From: Terriglobales bacterium
GTDB lineage: Bacteria; Acidobacteriota; Terriglobia; Terriglobales; SCQP01
Direction of reading: 5' to 3'
Length of the DNA: 64,000 nt
Assembly: GCA_050747745.1 (NCBI GenBank)
Contig: JBOGKM010000029.1
Location: forward strand, 8,993-72,992
Below are positions 18,121 through 25,582 of this stretch, piece by piece (the stretch's first letter is position 1; each line of letters starts with the position of its first letter). The notes under the pieces are model-generated. The model saw nothing but the letters and a program-made list of their open reading frames with translations, did not search any database and was not told the DNA's origin. A program made the position numbers and the translations under genes.

Positions 18121-18894
18121 ATGGCGGACGAGCAGGCGCAAGAGATCGCGGCGCGGCAGGACATCTTGAGCATTGGTCGGTTTCTGCACCAGAAAAGCCT
18201 GGTGGCCGCCAGCGACGGCAACATCTCCGTGCGCCTGCCCGGTGAACGCATCCTGGCCACGCCCACCTCCATGAGCAAGGGCCTGATGCGGGACGAGGAT
18301 CTGGTCCTCACCGATCTGGAGGGCCACAAGCTGGCCGGCGCGCGCAACCCCTCCAGCGAAATGGCCATGCACCTGCTCATTTACCGCCTTCGACCGGAGG
18401 TCGGCGGCGTCGTGCATGCCCATCCGCCCGCCGCCACCGGCTTCGCCGCGGCCGGCATCCCGCTCAATCAGGCGCTGCTGGCCGAAGTCGTGCTAGCGCT
18501 GGGCTGCATTCCGCTCGCCGCCTACGGGACCACGGGTACGCCCGAGCTTTCCGCCACGCTGCGGCCGCTGATTCCGCATTACGATGCCATCCTGATGGCC
18601 AATCACGGCGTCGTCACCTACGGCGAGGATGTCTGGAAGGCCTATTTCAAGATGGAAACGGTAGAGCATTTCGCGCGTATCGCCCTGGTGACTCATTTGC
18701 TGGGCCGGCAGAACCTGCTCGGCCGCGAGGAAGTGGACAAGCTGATGCAGGCGCGCGAGCGCTACGAAGGCGTCTCCAGCGCCGCCGCAGTTTCGCCCGC
18801 GTGTCCGGTCACGCGCGAAGCCGACCCCCAGCCGCTCGCCGGGGCGGCAGCGGCGGCCGGCCCGAATTTTCCCGACGGCAAACGGCGCTGGTAA
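18121..18894 (+). CDS. Class II aldolase/adducin-family protein (fuculose-phosphate-aldolase-like) with a 40-aa C-terminal extension; first gene of the BMC operon
   Basis: 'ASDGNISVRL', 'SSEMAMHLLIY', 'GGVVHAHPPAATGFA' and 'ILMANHGVVTYGEDVWKAYFKMETVEHFA' give the metal-His and fold motifs of Aldolase_II. The tail 'VSSAAAVSPACPVTREADPQPLAGAAAAAGPNFPDGKRRW' lies beyond the fold. Confidence 0.88.
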   Translation: MADEQAQEIAARQDILSIGRFLHQKSLVAASDGNISVRLPGERILATPTSMSKGLMRDEDLVLTDLEGHKLAGARNPSSEMAMHLLIYRLRPEVGGVVHAHPPAATGFAAAGIPLNQALLAEVVLALGCIPLAAYGTTGTPELSATLRPLIPHYDAILMANHGVVTYGEDVWKAYFKMETVEHFARIALVTHLLGRQNLLGREEVDKLMQARERYEGVSSAAAVSPACPVTREADPQPLAGAAAAAGPNFPDGKRRW

Positions 18895-18918
18895 GCTACA
18901 ATCGCCCGAGGAGCGGCT

Positions 18919-19224
18919 ATGGCGGACATCAGCGGCGAAGCGTGGGGCATGGTTGAAACCAAGGGGTTGGTGGCGATGATTGAAGCCGCCGACGCCATGG
19001 TGAAAGCGGCCAACGTCATTCTGGTCGGTTGGGAGAAAAAAATCGGCGCCGGCTACGTCACCGCCATCGTGCAAGGAGATGTGGCCGCCGTCAAAGCCGC
19101 CACCGAAGCGGGAGCGGCGGCGGCGCGACGCATCGGGGAAGTCCTCTCGGTGCATGTGATTCCCCGCCCGGCGGCCGGACTGTCGCGCGCGGTTCCGCTG
19201 CAGGGCCTTCCGCCCGGGGCCTGA
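18919..19224 (+). CDS. Bacterial microcompartment shell protein, BMC-H (PduA/EutM/CcmK-type hexamer)
   Basis: '[58 protein letters not shown]...[10 protein letters not shown]' is a near-canonical single BMC domain with the KIGAG pore loop. A GAGGAG Shine-Dalgarno lies 6 nt upstream. Confidence 0.93.
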   Translation: MADISGEAWGMVETKGLVAMIEAADAMVKAANVILVGWEKKIGAGYVTAIVQGDVAAVKAATEAGAAAARRIGEVLSVHVIPRPAAGLSRAVPLQGLPPGA

Positions 19225-19236
19225 GCCTGATCGCCC

Positions 19237-19506
19237 ATGCAGCTTGCCCGCGTTATCGGTACCGTGGTGGCCACGCGCAAGGATGCGCGCCTGGAAGGAT
19301 TCAAACTGCTGGTCGTGCGCCCGCAGACTGCCGCAGGCCAGGACGAGGCCGGTTATGTGGTCGCGGTGGACATGGTGGGCGCGGGCGCGGGCGAGCGCGT
19401 GCTCATCGTGCAGGGCAGCTCGGCGCGCATGGCGCGCGACGGGCAGGACAAACCCATTGATGCCGCCATCGTCGGCATCGTGGATACGGTCGAGCTGGTG
19501 AGGTAA
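19237..19506 (+). CDS. BMC vertex protein, BMC-P (EutN/CcmL family), paralog 1
   Basis: 'MQLARVIGTVVATRKDARLEGFKLLVV...AVDMVGAGAGERVLIVQGSSAR...PIDAAIVGIVD' is the typical EutN/CcmL pattern. Confidence 0.9.
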   Translation: MQLARVIGTVVATRKDARLEGFKLLVVRPQTAAGQDEAGYVVAVDMVGAGAGERVLIVQGSSARMARDGQDKPIDAAIVGIVDTVELVR

Positions 19507-19509
19507 GCC

Positions 19510-19800
19510 GTGTTCCTGGCTCGCGTGACCGGAACCGTTGTCGCCACCGTCAAGGATGCCGCCTTGCGCTCCCACAAGCTGCTTGTGGTCCAGCCGCTCG
19601 ATGCCGCCGCGGGGCCCGTGGGCCGCGAGTTGGTGGCGCTGGACGCGGTCGGCGCAGGCGCGGGTGAAATCGTCTACTGCTGCCGCGGCAAGGAAGCCAG
19701 CTTTCCCTGGTTGCCCGCCAGCGTACCCGCCGACGCCGCCATCGTGGGCATTGTGGATCCCGCTGCCAATCGCGACTGGCTGCTGGAGACGGCATCATGA
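19510..19800 (+). CDS. BMC vertex protein, BMC-P (EutN/CcmL family), paralog 2
   Basis: GTG start 3 nt after paralog 1. 'FLARVTGTVVATVKDAALRSHKLLVVQP...ALDAVGAGAGEIVYCCRG...ADAAIVGIVD'. Confidence 0.88.
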   Translation: MFLARVTGTVVATVKDAALRSHKLLVVQPLDAAAGPVGRELVALDAVGAGAGEIVYCCRGKEASFPWLPASVPADAAIVGIVDPAANRDWLLETAS

Positions 19801-20099
19801 TCGTCGGCCGCGTGACCGGCGAAGTGGTCGCCACCCAAAAACACGGCAGTCACCAGGGCCGCAAGCTGCTGCTGGTCGCTCCCGAAACGCTCGACTCCGG
19901 AACCCCGTTGCCGGCGCGCGGCACACCCGCCGGCGGCGCCGCCCTCATCGCGCTCGATGCCGTGGGTGCCGGTGTGGGCGAGCGCGTGCTCGTGGTGCTG
20001 GATGGCTACGCCGCCATGACCGCGGTCAGCCGCCCCATGTCGCCGATCGATGCCGCCGTGGTCGGCATCCTCGACCGTCTGGATCTGTCCACGCCATGA
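19797..20099 (+). CDS. BMC vertex protein, BMC-P (EutN/CcmL family), paralog 3
   Basis: ATGA overlap with paralog 2. 'MIVGRVTGEVVATQKHGSHQGRKLLLV...ALDAVGAGVGERVLVV...PIDAAVVGILD'. It carries a Pro/Gly-rich insert. Confidence 0.85.
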   Translation: MIVGRVTGEVVATQKHGSHQGRKLLLVAPETLDSGTPLPARGTPAGGAALIALDAVGAGVGERVLVVLDGYAAMTAVSRPMSPIDAAVVGILDRLDLSTP

Positions 20100-20692
20100 C
20101 CGGGCCCGCCGCGCCCATCGTCAACGTCGGCTACCGCTCCACGAATTATTGGCTGATCGGAGATGGCGATCGAAGATTGCTGCTGGATCTCGGCTGGCCC
20201 GGCTCCCTGGGCGCGATGCGCGCGGCGCTGCGCCGGGCCGGGGTAGCGCCGCAAGACATCGCCTACGGCTTGGCCACGCACTATCACATGGATCACGCCG
20301 GGCTGGGCGAAGAGCTGAAACAGTTCGGCATGCGGCTGTTGGTCGTCGATCTGCAACTCGCGGCGATCCCCGCCATGCGGGCCCACATTAAACCGCAAGA
20401 TCACTACGTTGAGATTGCGGATGCCGGCAATCTGGTGATTCCTGCTTCCGGCAGCCGGGCGTTGTTGGCGCAGATCGGCCTGGCGGGCGAAATTCTGCCC
20501 ACGCCGGGCCATAGCGACGACAGCGTATCGTTGCTGTTGGACGACGGATCGGTGTTTACCGGCGATCTGACCCCGCCCGCGATGGCCACCGAAGAGGAGG
20601 CGGCCACGGTCGCGGCGAGCTGGCAACTGCTACAGCAGCGCGGGGCACGCCGCTGCTATCCCGCCCACGGTCCAGTGCGTGCGCTGGCGTAG
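20096..20692 (+). CDS. MBL-fold metallo-hydrolase (small, about 198 aa), translationally coupled to the last BMC-P gene
   Basis: ATGA overlap at 20096-20099. 'NYWLIGDGDRRLLLDLGWPG', 'THYHMDHAG' (HxHxDH), 'TPGHSDDS' and 'FTGD' follow the metallo-beta-lactamase motif order. Confidence 0.85.
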   Translation: MTGPAAPIVNVGYRSTNYWLIGDGDRRLLLDLGWPGSLGAMRAALRRAGVAPQDIAYGLATHYHMDHAGLGEELKQFGMRLLVVDLQLAAIPAMRAHIKPQDHYVEIADAGNLVIPASGSRALLAQIGLAGEILPTPGHSDDSVSLLLDDGSVFTGDLTPPAMATEEEAATVAASWQLLQQRGARRCYPAHGPVRALA

Positions 20693-20714
20693 GGTTCCGC
20701 GCCGCAGGCGCCGT

Positions 20715-21098
20715 CTATCGTCGAAAAAACGGCTGCACGTGGCCGTGGCCCCGGGCGTTGAAGGTAATCTGCTCCATGGAATGGTAGATCGTCCCCTGTC
20801 CGCTGAACTCGCCCACCCCCAACATAAGGTCGCGGCCATCACTCATCGGCAGCACCACCCAGCGCCCCGAGCTCGGTTCTAGACCACGCGTGTAGGTCAA
20901 GAGCCTGACCGAGGATCCGCGCAGAGCGAACAGAAGACCAACTCCGCAATTCAGCAGGTGCGGTTCGCAGCCCGGGCCGGTGATCAGGAAATCGCGGCTG
21001 CTGGGCTTATGGAATGAGCCCGTCCAGGCGCTATCGAGCTCAAACGGACCGCTCCAGCTAAACCTTCCCGAGGTCGTGGACTGCCGCGGACACTGCAC
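20715..21098 (-). CDS. Hypothetical protein (127 aa) in a locally lower-GC patch
   Basis: GTG-start ORF with moderate GC3 bias and non-shadow-like composition. No motif recognised. Lies downstream of the bactofilin gene on the same strand. Confidence 0.35.
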   Translation of the reverse strand: MQCPRQSTTSGRFSWSGPFELDSAWTGSFHKPSSRDFLITGPGCEPHLLNCGVGLLFALRGSSVRLLTYTRGLEPSSGRWVVLPMSDGRDLMLGVGEFSGQGTIYHSMEQITFNARGHGHVQPFFRR

Positions 21099-21217
21099 GC
21101 ACCCTGTCGGCCGGCCGGCGCGGCTATGAGCACGCTGGTGTCCAGGGCAGATCTGCAGGAGAGTGGCAGTGAGGGTTGCTGTGGCTACAAGCGCCGCAGG
21201 CCCCCGGCTCCAGCCGC

Positions 21218-21709
21218 TCAGCTCGAGGACTTCGCTCCGGCGGTGGCTGCGACGCCGGCACCCTTGCGAATATCTATGCCGCCCTTGAAGAATGCGCCAT
21301 CTTCGATGCTGATGCGCGCCGCGCTCACGTCGCCGGTGAGCGCGCCCTGCGCCTTGATCTCCACTCGGTCGGCGGCGCTGATGTTCCCGTTCAGTTTGCC
21401 CAGAATGACCACCTCGCGGGCGTTCACGCTGGCCTGCACCTGCCCGTTGGCGCCGATGGTCAGCACGTTTTTGGGCAGGTCCACCGAACCTTCGAGCTTG
21501 CCGTCCACGAACAAATCCTCGTTGCCGGTGATGGTGCCCTTGAGTTGGATGGTCTTGCTCAAATGCGTGGCCCGGTCGCTGCCGCCGCTGCGCGGGGCAG
21601 GAGCGCTGACGCCGGCGGCCACGGGCGTGGCGGGCGGGTTGTTGGGTTGCGGTTTGGCCGGCGGTGCCGGAACCTCGCGTTCATTCTGCTTCCACATGGA
21701 CAACGGCAC
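21218..21709 (-). CDS. Bactofilin-family cytoskeletal protein
   Basis: Pro-rich N-terminus, then the beta-helical repeat core 'IQLKGTITGNEDLFVDGKLEGSV...TIGANGQVQASVNAREVVILGKLNGNISAADRVEIKAQGALTGDVSAARISIEDGAFFKGGIDI'. Confidence 0.88.
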   Translation of the reverse strand: MPLSMWKQNEREVPAPPAKPQPNNPPATPVAAGVSAPAPRSGGSDRATHLSKTIQLKGTITGNEDLFVDGKLEGSVDLPKNVLTIGANGQVQASVNAREVVILGKLNGNISAADRVEIKAQGALTGDVSAARISIEDGAFFKGGIDIRKGAGVAATAGAKSSS

Positions 21710-21800
21710 ACCTCGGGGTTGAAGTCTGCCCCTATTGTACGGATCAATCAGTCCGGCGGCAACAGTGCATTCCCTTAACTCCGCTACTCTCTAGAAGGGC

Positions 21801-22727
21801 ATGCAACCCGAACGGCAATGGCTGGCGTGGGTGCGGCGGCAGGCGCAAGCGGGACCGCAGCGAGCGGAGCTGCGCCTCGGCATTGGCGATGATGCCGCCG
21901 TCGTGCGCCCGCGCCGCGGCTGGGAGTTGGTGCTGACCACCGATTTGCTGGCCGAGGGCGTGCACTTTGTGCGCGCCCTCGATCCCGCCGTCACTTGCGG
22001 GCGCCGGCTGGCCACGCGTGCCCTGAGCGATTTGGCGGCCATGGGCGCCGAGCCGCTGGCGCTGCTGGTTTCCAGCGCACTCCCGGCCGCTCTGCCGCTG
22101 GATTGGGCGCGGGCGCTGTATCGTGGCCTGCTGGCCGCCGCTCGCGAGGCCGGTGCCGTGCTCGCCGGTGGCGATAGCTCGGCTTCCCCGCGCGGCGTCG
22201 TGCTGGACGTGGTGGGCGTGGGCCAGGTGCCCTTGGGTCAGGCGCTGCGCCGCTCGGGCGCCCGCGCCGGCGACCGCATCTTCGTGTCCGGCGCCTTGGG
22301 CGAGGCTGCCTGGGGACGGGAGCTGGTGCAGGGCTCGCAGCCGGCGCGCACTACCGCCGAGCGCCGTGCCCGCCGCCGCCATCTGCATCCGTGCGCCCGC
22401 TGGGAACTGGGCCAGGCGTTGCGCAACCGTGCCGGCGCTTGCCTGGATCTCAGCGATGGCTTGGCCGTGGATCTGCACCATCTCTGCCGCGAAAGCGGTG
22501 TCGGTGCGGAAATTGTTGCGGCCGCGCTGCCTGCTCCCGCTGGTCTACAGCGCGCTCTGTACGGCGGGGAGGACTATGAGCTGTTGTTCACCCTCCCGTC
22601 CCGCCGCCGTCCGCCCTCCCTGCCCGGCCTGCACGAGATCGGCAGGATTACCTCCGCACGCGCATGCTGGCTGGTGAATGGCGGGCGGCAGCTCCTGAAG
22701 CAGCGCGGCTGGCAGCACTGGGCCTGA
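21801..22727 (+). CDS. thiL: Thiamine-monophosphate kinase
   Basis: 'GIGDDAAVV', 'LTTDLLAEGVHF', 'ALSDLAAMGAEP', 'LAGGDSS' and 'DLSDGLAVDLHHL' are AIR-synthase-fold ThiL motifs. Confidence 0.9.
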   Translation: MQPERQWLAWVRRQAQAGPQRAELRLGIGDDAAVVRPRRGWELVLTTDLLAEGVHFVRALDPAVTCGRRLATRALSDLAAMGAEPLALLVSSALPAALPLDWARALYRGLLAAAREAGAVLAGGDSSASPRGVVLDVVGVGQVPLGQALRRSGARAGDRIFVSGALGEAAWGRELVQGSQPARTTAERRARRRHLHPCARWELGQALRNRAGACLDLSDGLAVDLHHLCRESGVGAEIVAAALPAPAGLQRALYGGEDYELLFTLPSRRRPPSLPGLHEIGRITSARACWLVNGGRQLLKQRGWQHWA

Positions 22728-22769
22728 GCATGCTAATCCCGGGCTCTGACGACGGCGTTTGCGCTCAGT

Positions 22770-24761
22770 TTATTGCCTGACGTTCACCAGCATGTCGCGG
22801 AAATAATTCGCGGCGACGTATTTGGGCACAAAGGGCACCATCACGGTCATGACCTGGTGCGCCTGGGTGATCGGCATCCAGCCGCGCAAGTACGCTTTTG
22901 ACGAACGAAATACGTAGATCGGCAACCAGCCGCGCCAGTGCTCGGGATTTTCCACGGTCAGCGTGAGCCCCTGCGATCCATGCGCCGTACTGGCCGCCTC
23001 CGCCTGCAATTTTAACGTCGGTATCGGATTTTCGCTTGCTGCCGGTTGAAACAGCCAATTCAGGCTGGAGCTGTGGTCCAAATCCAGCGCTGGATTCAGG
23101 TGCCGTTCGCTTGCCGCCTGCAGCGCCTGCAGGCTTGGCAGCTGGTGGCGGGCAGTTTGGTTGAACTGCCGCAGCGCCGCCGTGAAATCCGCATCCGGAC
23201 GAAGCGCGCCGCGGACTCGCATCAATTGACGCAGCGAATAAACTTCATAGGCGGCGCGGGCGGCCAGCGCATTTTCCCCGTTTTGCCGAATCAGGCTGCG
23301 CCAGGCGCGCAGAGTCGGCTGGCTGGAGGAAAGGCCGGCGCGGGCAATCTCGTAAAGCAGGCCACCGGCCATGCGCAAGCCATGATCGAGGGGGCCGCTT
23401 GCCTTCCACCACTGTCCCGCCATTTGCAGTGCGGGCAGGTAGTCGGCCAGGCCGGGGTCCGCGCTGCCGAGTGAATCCGGACTAAACATCACCAACATGG
23501 GGATGGGAGTGCGCAGCGTCGCGTCCGCCCCCTGGGTGACCAAGGTTAGGCCTGGGTAAGCGTAGGGGCCAAAGCGCGTTCCCAGAAAGTTCAAAATATC
23601 GATTGCCTTGCTTCCCGCCAGCGCGATGGCGGCGGCTTCCAGCTTGCCCGGCTGGCTCAGTACCCGCAGTTCCACGCTGTGGCCATCGGCCAGCGATAAG
23701 TGGCGCTGAGTCAGTGTGCCTTTGCTCACCGCGAAGCCGGCGGCCGGTAACGGCGCGGGCGAGCGCCACACACCCGGGGAACTCGGCGATCCGCTCGCCA
23801 CCACCTGCCATCCGCGCCCGGCCGTGAGGTGCAGCACGAAACTGGCCGGCGCTCGCGCCGGCACATCCCAGAGCGTGGGATACCAACCCGGCTGCGCGAA
23901 CCAGGCTTGCGCGGCGTCGCTTTGCGGCGGGCGTCCGTGATAGCGCAGCGCCAGGCGGAGCTGGACGCCGGGCACAGGCGCCCGCGGAAGTTCCAAATAC
24001 AACCAGCTCGCGTGGCGCGGGCGCAGCAGAGGCACCGGCTGACCCGCCGCGCTCGCGCTCACTACGTTCAGCGCTGCCGCCAGGCGCAGCAGCAGGCCAC
24101 GGCCGGCCAGGCCGCGCAGCCTCAGCGTGACCCCGGCGTCCAGGTTGTGACCCGACACGGCGATCGACATTTCGTAGCCGCTGACGCGTGCGGACCCCGA
24201 CGGCGCGGCTTCCACTCGGTACCATTTTCCTTTGCCGTCGCGCACGGAAAGCAACAGCAGCGGCGGGGTTCGCGCGTTGGCCTCCGCCGCGAGCAGGCGT
24301 GCGATGGTGGGCCATCCCTGTTTGCGAACTTCATCGGCACGCTCCCGCAGCAATTTCTCCGCTTCCGGGGCCTTGCCGGCCGTAAAGACCGTGCCCGCGC
24401 CCAATCGCCGTTCGAATGCTGCCGTGTCAGAAAAGCGAAACACGGCGGCCTTGAATGCCAAGCCGAGACGTGTCGCCGTCGCTGCGGCGGGCAGACTCAG
24501 CCGGCCGGAGCCGAGGAACACCGCGGTTGAAATCGCGCCATCTACAGGTGCGGCCAGAGCCATCCGTCCGCGCTCGAGCTGGACGTGCAGTCCGCCCCAG
24601 CGGAGTGCGCTCTCATGGATGGCGGTGGTTTGCGTGAGCGGGGGAAACAGCAGGCGTTGATAGCGGGCCGGCAGTGAGGCGCGGGAGGGGGGTTGTCCGG
24701 CCGCCGGCAGCAGCAGCAGTCCCGCCGCCGCCAGCCCCACCAGCCGGCGCTGCGCCCTCAC
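22770..24761 (-). CDS. Hypothetical secreted protein (663 aa)
   Basis: Signal peptide 'LVGLAAAGLLLLPAAGQ'. Long ORF with protein-like composition. No HEXXH or other catalytic motif seen. Lies 3 nt downstream of the RDD gene. Confidence 0.6.
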   Translation of the reverse strand: MRAQRRLVGLAAAGLLLLPAAGQPPSRASLPARYQRLLFPPLTQTTAIHESALRWGGLHVQLERGRMALAAPVDGAISTAVFLGSGRLSLPAAATATRLGLAFKAAVFRFSDTAAFERRLGAGTVFTAGKAPEAEKLLRERADEVRKQGWPTIARLLAAEANARTPPLLLLSVRDGKGKWYRVEAAPSGSARVSGYEMSIAVSGHNLDAGVTLRLRGLAGRGLLLRLAAALNVVSASAAGQPVPLLRPRHASWLYLELPRAPVPGVQLRLALRYHGRPPQSDAAQAWFAQPGWYPTLWDVPARAPASFVLHLTAGRGWQVVASGSPSSPGVWRSPAPLPAAGFAVSKGTLTQRHLSLADGHSVELRVLSQPGKLEAAAIALAGSKAIDILNFLGTRFGPYAYPGLTLVTQGADATLRTPIPMLVMFSPDSLGSADPGLADYLPALQMAGQWWKASGPLDHGLRMAGGLLYEIARAGLSSSQPTLRAWRSLIRQNGENALAARAAYEVYSLRQLMRVRGALRPDADFTAALRQFNQTARHQLPSLQALQAASERHLNPALDLDHSSSLNWLFQPAASENPIPTLKLQAEAASTAHGSQGLTLTVENPEHWRGWLPIYVFRSSKAYLRGWMPITQAHQVMTVMVPFVPKYVAANYFRDMLVNVRQ

Positions 24762-24764
24762 TGC

Positions 24765-25562
24765 TTACTCCTCGCCTGGCGCCGTGACCACGCAGGTGCG
24801 GCTGATGAGATCGTGCCAACTCAAGTGTTGGCTGTCGCAGAACATCCAGGCAAAGCCCAGGCCGAGCGCCGCCAGCGAGACCACGCCCGCCCAAGCCCGC
24901 AGCCGTCCCGCGGCGGGCGTAAGTGGACCGTCCAGACTGGCAACCCGCAGGCCCAGGCAGCGCATGCCGATGGTGATCCCGCCGGCGCCATAGCCGCACA
25001 GCAGCAGGTACAGGGCACCAAGCACTCCAGGCACGGCAGCGGCCGCCGGCAACAACGGGCGCAGTTGCGTCAGGCTAAAAGCCGGACATCCCTGACTGGC
25101 CCAGCCCGTCAACGCGAACAGCACGGCGGCGGCGATGACCAGCAATACGTCCACCGCGCCTGCCTGCCAGCGGTCCGCCAGCGGGGCGAGTGCACGCGGT
25201 AGCGCGGCCGCGGTAGGCGGCGAGCTGGGCGCCATGGGCAGCGGAAGCGGCAGGCAGCCAGGATTACCGCCATAACGGACCTGCACGGTCGGCTGCCCAA
25301 GGGTTGCAGCTTTGGCCTGATCCCTCGCCGCCAGCGGCGCCGGCGTGGCGGGAGCGCGCACCGGATCGGCTAGAATCTCCCGCGGCTGCCGTGCTTCCTG
25401 CACAGGCGGGAAGCGCAGCAGGCGGGTGGCGGATCCTGCCGTTCTCCCAGGCGGCTGGCGGGCGCGGTAGGCGTCCACGCGATCCTGGAGCTCGCGCTTC
25501 CATTCCGGCAGGGGCGCGATCCGCGCGGGCTCGGCTTCATCCTGGAGGCGGGAGGACATCAT
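24765..25562 (-). CDS. RDD-family membrane protein
   Basis: C-terminal half: 'RWQAGAVDVLLV' followed by three TM helices, ending 'SWHDLISRTCVV', which matches the RDD-domain layout. The N-terminal half is Pro/Ala-rich. Confidence 0.75.
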   Translation of the reverse strand: MMSSRLQDEAEPARIAPLPEWKRELQDRVDAYRARQPPGRTAGSATRLLRFPPVQEARQPREILADPVRAPATPAPLAARDQAKAATLGQPTVQVRYGGNPGCLPLPLPMAPSSPPTAAALPRALAPLADRWQAGAVDVLLVIAAAVLFALTGWASQGCPAFSLTQLRPLLPAAAAVPGVLGALYLLLCGYGAGGITIGMRCLGLRVASLDGPLTPAAGRLRAWAGVVSLAALGLGFAWMFCDSQHLSWHDLISRTCVVTAPGEE

Positions 25563-25582
25563 TATTCGTTAAGCTACAAGGA

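Noticed and set aside
18091-18423. N-terminal 111-codon extension of the queA ORF
   Set aside because: The canonical QueA N-terminus 'MQLSEFDYELPPE' begins at ATG 18090. The extension overlaps the aldolase gene on the opposite strand and has shadow-like composition.
19538-20095. First 186 codons of the 384-aa ORF 19538..20692, overlapping BMC-P paralogs 2 and 3
   Set aside because: This part is out of frame with two well-supported EutN/CcmL genes and is Pro/Arg-rich. Only the segment from ATG 20096 (the MBL-fold hydrolase) looks like real protein.
21710-21800. Possible TPP riboswitch upstream of thiL, and other riboswitch candidates upstream of folP, queA and the CDF transporter
   Set aside because: I could not find the conserved TPP core elements (CUGAGA / ACCUGAUCUGGAUAAUGCCAGC-like) in this 91-nt spacer. 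I also found no recognisable preQ1, THF or NiCo cores in the others. Covariance-model scanning would be needed to be sure.
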